The notes under the pieces are model-generated. The model saw nothing but the letters and a program-made list of their open reading frames with translations, was not told where the DNA came from and made no database searches. Of a DNA stretch of 64,000 nucleotides, positions 12,910 through 27,822 are shown piece after piece; position 1 is the first letter of the stretch; each line of letters opens with the position of its first letter. The position numbers and the translations under genes were made by a program. Source of the stretch: the human T2T-CHM13v2.0 reference genome, Homo sapiens; assembly GCF_009914755.1 (NCBI RefSeq), contig NC_060934.1; one strand, 5' to 3'.

Positions 12910-13960
12910 TTGTCACAGGTTGGTTTCCCTGGGAAGCTGACTCCCAGGTGTAGTTTTGTATCCAGGATGTTTATTAGGGAATGCCCTTTGAAGGGTGGGA
13001 AGGCAGCAAGGGGGGCAGAAAAGGAGTTGAGCTGTAGAGCCAGCATGGCAGGAGCTCTGGAACTAGAATGACTCCTCTGAGTTGTCTTGACTTGGGCCAA
13101 GATGGCCAGGCCTTTATACTCCAGCATCCCTCAGTCCTTGCATCCTTGGGAAAGTGACCTTGGGCAAGGAGGATCTTTGCAGCTGAGGACATGCCTGCAA
13201 GAGGCCAACAACATCCCCATCAAGTGCAGCCCAAAGGCTTCTCTGAAGAGGGATCTGATCTCTGCTTCCCAGCATCTTCCACATTAATGTACGTGAAATT
13301 CAGCCACGGCTCCAAAATATGATGCAGTATTTTAGTTAAGAAGTAACATTCAAGGCTAGTTTTAGTTTAATACTGAAATTTGATTGAGTTCATTGAAATC
13401 CTAGGATGTTAGAGTCCAAAGAGGCCATAAAAATCCTTTATGCAACCCTCTTGTTTGACAGATAGGGAAGTGGAGTAAATAAACAAAGGAGAATAAATTT
13501 TAGTGTGGTTTCCCCAGAAACAGACCCCAAGACAAGAATTTGAGAGTAAGTGGTTTAGTTGAGAGGTTCTCCCAAGAAATATCAACAGGAAAGTAGAGAA
13601 GTGGGACAGGGAGGAAAAAGAAAGCAATAAAGGGTATAGTTTCAAGAGAATTACTGCTGTGGGCAACTGGAGCTCAATCCGTTTAAGGAACTCTAGGAAC
13701 TAGTCTACACGCTTCAGGCTATCCTACCCAAAGGACAGGGAAATTGGGTTACTTGCCCATCAACTATCCATCCTCCTTGACTGAGGGCTGTTTCCTGGAG
13801 ATGCTAACTTCCCTGCATTTTTGCCTTACTGTGGGAGAGGGCCCAGCCTGCTCCCAGAGCCAGAATAAAAGCCACAGGTGTTCAAGAAGGCTGCCTTCAG
13901 CATGTAGAGATGAGCGTGGAGGAGATAAGAGGGAGGAGGAGACAGTGACAGTGTCTGCTA
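12910..13960. mobile_element. Two old ERVL-type LTR relics (12910-13285, 13500-13960)
   Basis: tgtcacaggttggtttccctgggaagctgact... and tagtgtggtttccccagaaacagaccccaagacaagaatttg... resemble LTR16/LTR33 ends. Confidence 0.45.
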
Positions 13961-14798
13961 TAGGGGATTGCCTGAAACTGAACCAGAACTCTGGTATCCT
14001 GACTACTGACCAGGGTTTTTTATGCTGATTATTAATATCTTCCTACTCAGTGCCCAAAATTGTTCAACTAATCTAGTTAAGAGAGTGAGGGTATAGAAAG
14101 AACAGGGGATGTAGCCCCTTTCTGGGAAGTGCGCATATATGTTTGAAAGAAGAAGAGAAGATTTTATAAGCATTAATATCAACAGGTATGGATGAGATTG
14201 CATTGAAAGCTGTGCATTGCATTTGTCATTGTTGAGGTGCTGCTATAAGGGACTGTGCCAGAAGGGAAGGTGCTGTTTGTTTTGTTTTGTTTTTAAGATA
14301 TTGAGTCTTGAACACAGTCTCAGTGGGAGATTTGAACATAATTGGCAGAGGCTGAGAGGCAGGATTGTGTACTGGTGAAGAGTTGGGGGCCTTTCTAGTG
14401 GGCAATCTAGTTTATCCTATATTCATCACTTTGTGGTCATTGGACAGTGGGCGAATTAAGCTTTGGTTTCTTCCTGTATACGGTGGGGCCAATTATAGAA
14501 CCCAATTCATAAGGGTGTTGAGAGCATTCAATGAAGTAATTGATGTAAAAATATTAACCTAGAGCTTGCTGTGTAGGAGGTTGATAACATTAGCTGTGTT
14601 CGTGATTACTGTTGACAGAGGGAAGTGGAAAGGGGGAGGGTCAGGTGGGAGAATGGTCAGAGCTTGGGCAAGCACAAGATTCAAGAGGCAAATGGAAAAA
14701 TAGTGTGAAGTGGAACTCCTGAGACACCAGGGAGGTGATGGGGAAAGTTTTATAAAAGTGAGAAGAGCTGCCCACTTAGACCACATTTTCATGGGAGC

Positions 14799-15162
14799 TG
14801 TCTTAGTTTGTTTTCTGTTGCTACAGCTGAATACCTGAGACTGGGCAATTTATAAAGGAAAGAAATGTATTGCTTACGTATCTGGAGGCTGGGACATCCA
14901 AGGGTGAGGTATCTGGTGAGGGCCTTCTTGCCGGTGGAGACCCTCTGCAACCTTCTGAGCTGGGCATCACATGGTGAGGGGCTGAGTGTGTCAGCTCAGG
15001 TCTCTCTTCATGTAAAGCCACTAGTCCTATCATGGTCCCCCCAGTGACATTACTAATCTTAATTACCTCCCAAAGCCCCACCTCTAAATGCCATCAACGT
15101 ATGAATTTGAAGATTAAGTTATCAGCACATGAAATTTGGGGAACTCATTCAAATCATAAACA
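14799..15162 (-). mobile_element. MST/MLT1A-type MaLR solo LTR with intact 5-bp TSD
   Basis: TG...CA termini (tgtcttagtttgttttctgttgct...catgaaatttggggaactcattcaaatcataaaca). TSD ggagc at 14794-14798 and 15163-15167. Confidence 0.88.
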
Positions 15163-15941
15163 GGAGCTTAGGTCCCATCAAAGTGAAAGCTTACCAGGAA
15201 GCCCAATGTGTAAAAAAAATACGTAAACAGAGTTATGTGTTTGAAGGTGGAGTGGAGAACTATCTTCTCCCCTCCTCCCTCCACCCACAGCCCCTGAGGG
15301 AATTCTGAGAAACCCCAAGGCAGCAAGAACAAAAACAATGTCTGCAGAAAGATTTTTTAACACTACTGTAACACCTCATTTGTTCTGTATTGAGTTCATT
15401 TTCCAGAAAACCTTTTTTTTTTTTTTTTAAGAAACCCATCTTGGATGAAATTTTGTTTAAGTGTGTTACTTTTTTGCCTTCTTAACAAGGCTGAATGAAA
15501 ACCTTTTAATCTGTTCTTGATGACTTTTGATCATAGTGATGAACATTTAGTTAAGGTTCTGTGCTTTAATGTGGTGATTTCCAACCTCAGAGTTTCTGAA
15601 GTGTTAGGACTGTTTACTGGCACTATGCTTTTGAAATTGTTAGAAGAAGCAGGGTGGCATCAAGGGAGGGTCCTGGACTTGGGAGCTACACTGTCCAGGA
15701 TTATATCCAAGCCTTGCATTTTATTAGCATTGTGACCAGGTGTAACCACTGTTTGCCTCAATTTCTTCTTTCCCAAATTGAGAAGAATAATTGTACTCAC
15801 CCCCTAGGATTATTGTGAGAAATAAATAAGTTTTTATATGTTCACTGCTTAGAACCATGCCTTCGTATAAAATGTGCTGTATAAGTGCTATGATGATGAT
15901 GGTCGATGTATCTGTTTTTATGGTTCTTCTGTCTTTTTTGA

Positions 15942-16235
15942 TGTAGTATGGTGGTTAAGCCTATAGACTCTGAAGCAAAATAACCTGGATTTGAATCCAC
16001 CACCATTGTGATCTGATTGTTTTAAGCTGATTAATTTTTGTGAACCTAATGATTTCAGTAAAACCCACCATTGTGACCTTGAGAGAGTTAATTTAATTCC
16101 CTGTGATTCAGTTTATTCTTCTGAAAAATGAGGCAAATAATACAAAGTAGTTAACAGGATTGTTGTGAGGATTAAATAGGATAAATTTGTAAGCTCTTAG
16201 CACAGTATTTGGCACATAGTGAGTAGTCATTGCAT
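15942..16235 (+). mobile_element. MIR SINE carrying a non-MIR internal insertion
   Basis: MIR core motifs gtagtatggtggttaagc..gactctg..cctggatttgaatcc, tgtgaccttgag, cagtttattcttctgaaaaatgagg, ttgttgtgaggattaaat, gcacagtatttggcacatagt. Confidence 0.8.
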
Positions 16236-18980
16236 AGTAGTCATCGTTACTGTTAATTATTAAGAGTCTAAATGAGGGATACTGTAATATAATATACAGC
16301 CAGAAGTTGTTACTATATTTGACTCCTTAGAAGCCTTGAAAACTTCCTTCTTGTACTTAATTGGTTTCAGTAAATAGAGGTTATTAACTAATTATTGATC
16401 TTAAATAGTAAGTTATTTTCAATGTGCTTCTTAATGTTGGGGCAAGGGGTAGTTAGGCGAAAAGATTGGCCATTTATGCTATATAATATGCTTACTATCA
16501 AACTGTGACTCAACTTTTAGATGTATTTATGTTGAAGGAGTTAGATCATTCTTTGCTTAAAAGGTTGACATGATTAATGTTCAGATGAGGGGATATTTTC
16601 AAAGGAAGAAAAACAGTAAAGAAATGTGTTTGTGAAAATGACTAAAAACAATACAGGGTAAGCAGCAAATTTTCTGATGCAGAATACAGGCCAAACATGA
16701 TTTAAAAAAGCAAGAAAGCAAACAAACAAAAATGGTGACTTTGCAGCCTTGATGGAGGTAGGGGCAGGGGAAGTGTTCAGCCACAATCTACCAGCAAACC
16801 CCTTGGTACTAAGCATTTTAAGGGCTAATTTAGGTCTCTAGAGCATGCCACTATCAAGACTAACCCATTCAGCAGGGCTTTGTATAGCCAAGGTTTTGTT
16901 GCATATTAAAATGTTTAGGAAAATTATCCAACATTTGGGAATAAGGCACAGGATGATTGCATGTCTTTTTAGCGTTTTCTTGGAGCACTTAAGACACCAG
17001 CCAAGGATCATGTAATTCTCTAGGAAAGTGTTCCTTTGTTTAACTTACTTTTTATTAGGATCCAGATTCTATGAAGTTAGATGTTAATTTGTAGATTGAT
17101 CCCCTGCAAATGACTTCTGTCTGATAAAGAAGATAACCCCAAAGGTTATAGTTTTATTGCCCTATAGGATAGTAACTAGTTTTATTTCTAAATTAGCAAT
17201 CTTATTTCAGTATTCTGTATTTCATTGACTGTATACACTTCAGTCTTTCCTGTATTACATTGAACCAGATGTGCCATCCTGCTGAGTTAAAATAAATTTT
17301 TGACATATGCTTAATATATATTTGTACAAGACTCATGTTTTTAATTTCTTGAAAACTACATCCTGATAAACCAATTACCTATATTAATGGAAATTTTCTT
17401 TCCTATTGTTTTCTCCGTTCTCTTAACATTTTTCATTTCCATTGTAAATTTGAAATTGAAATAAATTTTATAGATCCTTTATTCTTTTAATATAGGAAAT
17501 TTGTCAACAACAAAAACAAGTGTATATATTTAAAAGTTTTAAACCTGATTGTTTTAGGCTGTTTAATTTTTGTGAACCTAATGATTTCAGTCAGGCCCAC
17601 ATTTCTGAAATGAGCGTTATGTCAGTGTAAGCTAATTTAACACTTTTATGCAGTTTTCATAAGTGATTGTACAACTATTTGATGTTTATTGTTGAGTTTG
17701 TGAAGCATGACACCACAAAATCATAAAAATGTTCTAATATCTGTAACCAGAACTACAGATAAGGTAGTGATAACATTTAGAGAACATGTTTTTGAATAGT
17801 GATTTGCTTTTATAAAGATTAAACTTTTAGAATTATGAATATAATGTTTAATTTGCATAAGTTTATGTCTACTCTTTACTCCTCATAAAATATTCTGACA
17901 AGCTTTGCAATAGGGAAGAGGGCTGTTAGGGATGTCTTAGATGGGATTCCAGCATTGGATAATAAATTGAACTTATTGGATTAGGTTTTAATTAAACCTT
18001 AATCTGAATTAAGGTTTTCATTTAAAAAAAAAACCCTTACATTAGTCTTTCCTCCTTTTGTTAGATGATTGCACTCAAGTAACTGTCTTATATACTTTTA
18101 ACTAATATTTACTTCATAGATATTAATTTAATTCTTCTAGAATGCAGACTCTATGATGACCAGGCCAGGTCTATTTTATTTACTATTGTGTTCCAGGCAC
18201 ATTTTTACAAACAGCCTGTTTGGAAGTTACTAAAACACAGAATAAGTGGATATGAAATGGTAGAGCCATTCCTTTCCAGACAAATGTTTGGTTCTCAAGT
18301 CTTGGAAGATGATAAACATGAGAACCCAGAAAATGCAAAGAAGGAGAGCTCCGAGGATAAAAATAGTTGTACATAACAAAAGTTCCCCACTGCCAACTCA
18401 TTATTGCCACGTCCTGCCCTTTTTCTCTCTCTTCTTCAGATTTCTTCCTCCTTTCACTGCCTCACTGTCTTTTGTGAAAATGAGTACTTTGGGTATTGTT
18501 TTGATTCTGTGTAGGTCACCAAGATCAAGAAATGTAATAAATGCCTTTATCTGGGCACAATGGTGAAAGATTTCCTTGATGTTCAAGTTTTAACTTCTTT
18601 CTCATAAAATACCAGAAATAATGTTTCTTAAAATTTGGAATACATAGCTATATTTAAATTGAAATATATCTGTAAACTATCTAGCAAATTTGTAATTTTT
18701 ATCTACATAAACAATTTTTTAAAATTTTATGAGTAAACTAAGTTATATGTAACACAGTTTAGGATGCTAATTCTTATGGTCCAGTGAGATTAGATATGTA
18801 AATACAGTTATTTTAAATGCATAAAATATATTTATCTCTCTCACTAGAGTCACTAAGTTGGGCAAAATCTTCATTTCTTTGATTTTCCCTGTCATCCAGC
18901 CTTGAGCGCAATTGTTCCCAAATATTTTGAAAGGCTATTATGGAACGATTTTTCTTTTTTCTGGGTTTCTAAATGACTGG

Positions 18981-19001
18981 ACACACACACACACACACAC
19001 A
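18981..19001. repeat. (CA)n microsatellite
   Basis: About ten uninterrupted AC units. Confidence 0.9.
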
Positions 19002-19388
19002 CGGCCCAGCTAACATGGAGCAAATTATCTTCCACCCTTCCCCAGGTCAGACCTGGCACTCTAAATCCTTCACAGATAATCTGTGAATAAAAACACACCC
19101 ATAGACCTAGATATTAGTATTTTAAGTGACAAGGGTATATTCCAGCGTTCATTCATAAACTGAGCCAAGCTCAAAGTACATTTTTCCTGAAGAAACAATG
19201 TTGTAAACATTATAAATGATGAGTTTCTCAGGCCAGGCCACACAAGTCCTATCTAATCTGTGTTTGTCCATTGAACTATTCCTCTATCCATCAAACACCT
19301 AGAGAGTTTCTACTTTATGCCAGATTCCTTGCCCTGCATCGGACCACATCAGAATCATTGACAGTATATTTACAGTTAATAAAACTGA

Positions 19389-19794
<406 letters not shown>

Positions 19795-20994
19795 TTAATC
19801 TTTTATTTATAAAATAGTGCCACAAATATTTATCGGAGAACTACTATGTGCCAAAGTCTGTGCTTGCCACTAGGAATGAAAGAATGAACAGGGTAGCTCC
19901 TGCCGTCAAGGAGCTGAACAGCAGAACTCGGAGAAAAAGCAGGTTTGATTAAAGGAGAATGGAAAGGTAGGTACAGATGTAACATTTGGAAAGGATGGTG
20001 ACTTCTGTGAAAACAAGCACTAGATGTTATAAATAAGACTCTTCAACATGTCAGCCATGATAAGCCACTTTTTTTTTAATCTCAAAAACCAAAGAGACAA
20101 TTTCTGATGCCTTTGAATGAGGATTAAAAGAGAGTGGGAGGGAGAAAGGAATTAGGCAGAGTATGAGGAAGATATCACCTGGGATGAAACTAGCAGATAG
20201 GGAAAGCCTGCATGGAGCCTCAGTGCACTTAGGAGAGTACACTTGGCTGCATTTCCCCACAGTGGTCCCTTCATTATGCAACTGCATAGTTGCCAGTCTG
20301 GAGCAAGAACACTGGGTAGGTAGAAATGGTAGGAGGCAGCAGTCAGCTTAGAGTAAAGGGTGAAGTCTCAGTAACAGCCTGTGGGGGACTGCATGGTCTC
20401 TGACTTCCTTTCCTGTGCTTTCTCTGTTGCTATCTGCACCTAAGCATGATCCTGCCTCCATGCCTTTGCCTTACATTCTGTATTCTCTGCCTGGTACACT
20501 CTTCCCCCAGTTACCTGCACAGTTTAGTCCCTTACCTCATTCAGATCTGTGCTAAATGTCACCTAACTAAGTCCTTCTCTCACCTCCCTATTTTAAATAG
20601 CACTGCCCCAGAGTCCCTCTTGGTTTTATTTTTCTTTACAGCACTGATCACTACATGACCTTATTTATTTGTTTATTGCCTATTTCCTTCTAGGATGCAA
20701 GGTCCGTGAGAACAGGGGCTTTGTCTGGTTCAGTGCTATATTTCCTGTGCTGAGAACATAGCCTCGCCCACTGTAGAAGGAATTAGGAGGTGCATTTTCT
20801 AAGAAGGGGCTTTTAGCATAGAAAGACCCTTTTCCTAAAAACCTTTTAAAGAGGAATTTTTTCAGCCTATCATTTACTTTTATTTAAGTTTAAGACCACT
20901 TTGATGAGGGATGTGCAGCTGGTGGTAGTATTCTTCTACTAGAGAGTTGTGAGATGAGCCATTTGTCATTGCATTACTTTTGATCTTACACATT

Positions 20995-22035
20995 TTTTCT
21001 ACTTTCAGCTTCTTGAGAAATTCAAAATCTACAGAAAAGTTGCCAAAATCTTTCAATGAACATCCGTATATCTCTCACTTAGATTCACTGTTTAACATTT
21101 TGCCCCATTTGCTTTATCTCTGTATATACATGTTACTACAATTTTCAATGAACCATTTAAGAATAGTTGCAGACATGACCCTTTACCTCTAAATACTTCA
21201 GGTTGTATCACCTAAGAAAGGACATACAGTTACTATATTCAGGAAATATGGCATTGTTATAATAGTATCTAATGTGCAGACCTGTCCCAATGATATCCTT
21301 TATAACCGTAACAATAATGAAGTCCCAATTCAGTAAACAGTCTAAAATCACACACTGTATTTAGTTATCAAATTTCTTTAATCTTTCTCAATTTTTCTTT
21401 GTCTTTCATGACATTAATATTTTCAAAAAGTGTAGGCCATTTGTTTTGTAAAATGGCCCTCAATGTGGACTTATTTTATGTTTCCAAATGATTATAGTCA
21501 GGATAGACATTTTTGGCAGAAACATTACATAGGTGATAATGTATCCTCCTAAGAGCATCATCTCAGCAGGTACATAATGTCAGATTATCCCATTATTAGT
21601 GCTGTTAGATGCAATCACTGTTTAGGTAGCATCCAATGGATTGCTCCATTGTAGGGGTACCTTTTCCCCTTTGTAATTCATAAATTTATAGTATCAATTT
21701 TAATTACATGAAATTAGACTATCTCTGTCGAGAGACACTGTACAACTATGTAAATATCCTCTACCCAGCAATTTTTTCTTAATAGTTTTAGGATCCCTGG
21801 AGATTCTTGCCTGAATCAATTAATAACATGGTTATAAAATAGTGATTTTATAATTCTTTCATTCCTTACATAAGTTGACATTCTCTTGAAAAGAAGGATT
21901 CTTCTTTTCCTCCCATTTGTTTATTTGCTTGCTTGTTGTAAATATGGACTCATGGATTATTTTCTTTAAATTCAGTGTGTATGATCCATTCCTCTTGCTC
22001 ATTTTGATGCTCAGATTGTCCTAGAGTTGGCCTAA
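20995..22035 (-). mobile_element. Ancient L1 (L1M-type) 3' region, antisense
   Basis: ttgagaaattcaaaatctacagaaaagttgc..., ttaacattttgccccatttgcttt, agttgcagacatgaccctttacctctaaatacttca are typical old L1M 3'UTR motifs. A similar copy lies at ~55945-56300. Confidence 0.65.
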
Positions 22036-23017
22036 CTGCACTGATCCTTGGCATCTGGGGAGAGAAATACCTAATCCGGGAGTAAGAGACATTTTTAGTC
22101 CATTCACAGTGCCACTTCAATTTTAATTGTGTATGAATCACCTGAGGGCCCAGATTCTGCATTCCTAACAAGATCCCTGCTGATGCTGGCTGATCTGTGG
22201 ACCCTGGCTGAAGTAACAAAGCTGTAGGCATCTATGGGCTCATTGGAAAGAGCCAAAACACATTGCTCTCCCTGTATTAGTATGAAAAATTCACCTCATT
22301 ATCATGGAAGAGAATGATCTCTTGGAAAATATATGAACTCTGGTAGGCATAGGGGAGAGAGGATGTGTACCCCACCTGCTTGAGTCCCAGAAATCATGAT
22401 AATGAGGAATGCTGGCCTCACACTCATGCTTATTTTGCATTTCTCTTGAAATCCTGAACTTTCAGGGAGCTGGCTTCAGTTCCTGGTTTCTGGGACCATG
22501 GGAAATAGTGACACCTTCAGTGTTGGATGTGTCTCTACTGGTTTTCTGTTAGTCAAACCAAACTTTATTGGTACCAAGGGAAGTTAGGCAGTTTAAACTC
22601 TCCTAATCAAAAAGAAAATTCTCATTTTTCTTGCTCTACAGGAGTGTGAGCTTTCTGCCATTGGTAGGTTTCAGTGGCTTTTGGTCAAATACTTTTTTTC
22701 CCTTTAGAAGTAATTTATAGGCAGATTGTTGTTGGCACTCTGGCCATTTGTAGTTTGTTACTGTTACATTCAATTCATTTATTCAGAATTCCAAATATAC
22801 ATAGTATTTTGTGTTGCTTAGTAACTTTGTTTAATGTGTTTACATTTTATCATTAATCCTTTTTTCTGACATAATTTCATTTACTCATCTGTTACCTGAC
22901 TAATATTTTCCCTTAGTCTATTAATTATGTTAATTGATGGAATCTTCCTTGTAGAAGAAGAGAACTTTACAAGTGAGGGACTTCCTCTTTAGACATCTGT
23001 CAGAAGTCAGAGGATGG

Positions 23018-23165
23018 GGCTGGGCACAGTGGCACACACCTGTAATCCCAGAACTTTTGGGAGGCTAAGGTAGGAGGATCATTTGAGACCAGGAGTTTGA
23101 AACCAGCCTGGACAGCATAGTGAGGCTTTGTCTTTACAAAAAAAATTAGATTAAAAAGAAAAAGG
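23018..23165 (+). mobile_element. Alu left monomer (FLAM/AluJ fragment)
   Basis: ggctgggcacagtggcacacacctgtaatcccag...gagtttgaaaccagcctgg...A-rich end. Confidence 0.85.
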
Positions 23166-26100
23166 AATTGGAGGATATCTGCTGATAGGAGTAGAGTCTC
23201 CCAGTTTAGTAGCTATCAATGGGCATTAGGGAATGAATGAATGAATGTGGAACCAATATGCACGTGTCAACTCAATGAGATTGACATGTGGAAATTGAGA
23301 TTCCCAAATGGGTGTTTTTGTTTGTTGTTTATTTGTTCCTTTTAATCTCTACCATTTGTGTCTTTTGCCACTTCTGGCATTTAGATGGATAGCAGATCAT
23401 AGCATTAGACAATCTATAAAGCTTGGGCAATTTCTAACATATAAATGATTTGCAACTTCATATGCCCCACTGCTCTCCCTTAACGCTTCCTTCTTCCTAG
23501 AGGGATGGGCCCCCACCTGTCTGCTGGGAGATTTGGATGCCCTTCCCCTTATAGCAAACAGTCCACCTGCTGCTTGAGATCCTTTTTCTGCCAGAGAGTG
23601 CTACAGCTCTTGTGCTTCCTGGTCACAGCACACACTTGTGTTCATTGAACGATGTGGAGTTAGTATGAATTTTATTCCCCATCTCTCAATTATGTATATG
23701 TTATAGAAGGGTGTTTAACGTAGCCACACTGTGAAAACATTACTCATTACTTCTAAATGCTAACCTGCAAATCTAGTAAGATACACAAGGTGGTACCTTT
23801 TAAGTCATCTTTGTTAGAGGATGCCACCTGAAGATCTCTAATGTCAAACTGGATAACTGGCTTAGCTTGGTAAGAGATCATTGGCCCACAGAGGTTCAGT
23901 GGTTGCTATAGAAGCACAGGGCCAGCAGAACCTGTGGTCTGTGGAGGCCACTAGCACAGTATTCAAGGGCTTTGTCATGGCTGGGTGCCAACACCTGGTG
24001 GAAAGCAGAAAGGCTGTTTCAGTGCCTCTAGTGCTAGACACCTGGTACCAATTAAGACCACACCTGCTTTCTGTTGTTTGGTCTCTCCCTTTCTCTGTCC
24101 TGTGAGCTACATTTAAAAATAATCACTGAAAATCAGAAATGTTTCCAGTTCTAACTCAAATCACTGTAACATCTCAAAAATGTGTATGTATTCTGGAGAT
24201 AGTAGTAAGTAGGAGAGCAAGTTTCACCTATTCTCTCATTTAAATGTAGAAGAATATCTCATTTTTTCAGACACGAAGAATTATCAGACAGGTGAGCTGC
24301 TTCACACAAAAACCCAGAAGGACTATAGTAGCATCCTTTACAGTGCCTAAAGCAGTGTTTACCATGCATTAGGTACCAGGAGGCATTTGTTAAATAAGTG
24401 GTCCAAAGCAAAAAGGAATGGTAATGGAGTGCATTTTATTTTTATTTCCCATCTTATCAGCTTTTTGCAAGCATTATTTTGATTACAGCAAACTTAAATT
24501 CCTCATTAGATTTCCAATGCTATGTTTGAACATTGCTTGAATGTCAGTCCCTGGCTGTTTATGCACATGTATACAATACTGACTTGGCTATATCCAGACA
24601 CAGAAATGCATACTTTGTTGATGTGATTAGCTGGGGGGATTAGTTGTTAAGTTAAAGAATATTCTGGAAAGTTAGGTGGTGCCTTTAATGTCTGAAAGTC
24701 TTGAAATGATTTCTTAGAGTGTTTCTCCATGACAGTGTGCTGTGTTACTCTTACTGTATTGCTATAGAGGTTATTGTAAATTTATCCAGCATTTGTTGAA
24801 CTCCTGCCAGGTTCCCAGACCTTTGCAGGGGCCATACTTGTCCCTGCCTTCAGGTCATTTACTATCGGACCTGATCTGCATAAATGTGAAACGTCAGTAC
24901 TGACCCAAAACCAACTTAGGTATCAGGTTCATGGGTCTCCAGCAGTTCTTCTATCTTCATAGGAAGAGAGATTCCTATGAGGTAGAAAGGCTGGAAGAAT
25001 GAACAGTTTAGGAAGATGTAGAATTGCAACTGAATAGTGAAGAAGAGGAAGAGGAGGAGGAGGGAGAGCATTCCAGTTAGTAGGGCTCAGTGTAAGCAGA
25101 AGCTAGAGGTTGGCATTCACACTGTGTTCAAGGGATAGTGAGAAGCCTGGTCGAGTTGTTAAAGTAGAGGCTTTGTCTTGGAAAGAGTGGAGACAAGGTT
25201 ATAGAGCTTATCTGGAACCAGGCCCCAGAGGTGTTGCAGTGCTGCAGAGCAAAGTGGTCTGGAAGGTGGTTGAGCAGCACTAGAATGGTTCAGGAGCTGC
25301 ACCACAAGGTTCCACTCCTGCCTCCATTGTCAGGAGCGGTGTGATACTGGTTGTTGCACAAACTCTCTGTACCATGGTTTCCTCATTTATAAGATGAGGA
25401 CAATGATTTTATTTATCTTACAGGATTGCTATAAATAATAAATGAAACAATAATGATATAAAATGCTTAGCAAAATACTGTGTACTTGGAAGAGCTCATT
25501 CCATTGTTAGTTATTAGGCAAGGGAGAGACATAAAGCTGATACTCAGAAATAGGTTAATTGAAGCTTGAGAAAGCTTTGTAGAGTTGCTTTTTGCCTTCA
25601 TGCAGTTGAAAATGAGGTGTTAGAGGTGTCACCATAATTTCCACACTGTTCAAGAAGGCACGGGAAGATACATGAAATATTGTGTTGCATGAGGCCATTC
25701 TGTTTTCACTACATCCCCATTTCACAGATTTGATGAACATGCTTAAAAGCCATTGAGAAATAATTAGATCAGAGTAATTTGGAGTGTCTCTTAATAGTCA
25801 CAGAGAACTCTTATTCTGGTCAGTTAGAGGAAATGAATTATTTGACCAGAAGTAGCTGGAAGTTTGGTTTGCTTTTTTTTCTTGATTAATATTTTATATT
25901 GTATACTCAGAGGCTACTCTACTGACAGGAATGAGATAGAGAATTGAATCTGAATAAATCAAAGTGGAAAATAACTATGAATATCCCTAGAAGAATTGTA
26001 CAGCCTAACTTCTATAACGCATGCCCACTAATTCTGTTTGTTGTGTTCACACTTTGGGTAGGTAAGAAAATGGAAGGCAGCTCTCTATAAAAACAAGAGT

Positions 26101-26811
26101 TCTGTTTTAATACCCTTGCTTAAAGTTTTTCTTTAATCTTAAGATTTTTTTCTTAGCTGGAAGTAAGTTTAATTCATCTATTGGGACGTTTGGATTTTTA
26201 TTAAGCTTGATGTCTCCTCTCTTTGTAAAGATCTGAATAAGTTGTGCTTCAGACTCATCTTCATGGTAGAAACTATGAAAAATTGTACAGCATATGTGTT
26301 ATACTATATGAAGAAATACCATCTTCAAAGGATAATATTACACTCACATTTTAATCACAATAAGTTATACTTCCTAAGCGCTGCTCGTCTGTATCTTATT
26401 CTGAATATTATAGATGTTTCCATATCTGGTATAGAGAGTGTTCTTATGTGCAGTTTAAGTGTTTTCAAGGGTCAAAGCTTGTAAATGCTAATAGTTTCTT
26501 GTTTAGCACTCCAAATATAATGCCATGCATTTACTGGCATGAATAGTTATTAATTAGTATTAATTCTATTTGTGTTTTAGAAAATGTAAGAGAGATGAAT
26601 CAAAAGTATGACTAATATTTGAAGGAACACATCTATTTCTTAGTCTGTGCAGTCCTTAAAATATACTCTACATATGTGTGGATATATCTGTATGTATTTG
26701 TATATACGTATGCATAAGTAACCTCTATTTGGCTACAAGTAGCACAAATTAGTTCTGTGTCAGATATTATAAGTATGTTTCTGTACTTTGTTCATTAACT
26801 TCATTATTTTA

Positions 26812-27163
<352 letters not shown>

Positions 27164-27213
27164 TAAGTGTTATGTACTACATGTTAAACATTAAACAGAT
27201 TTATTCTAAATGC

Positions 27214-27822
<609 letters not shown>

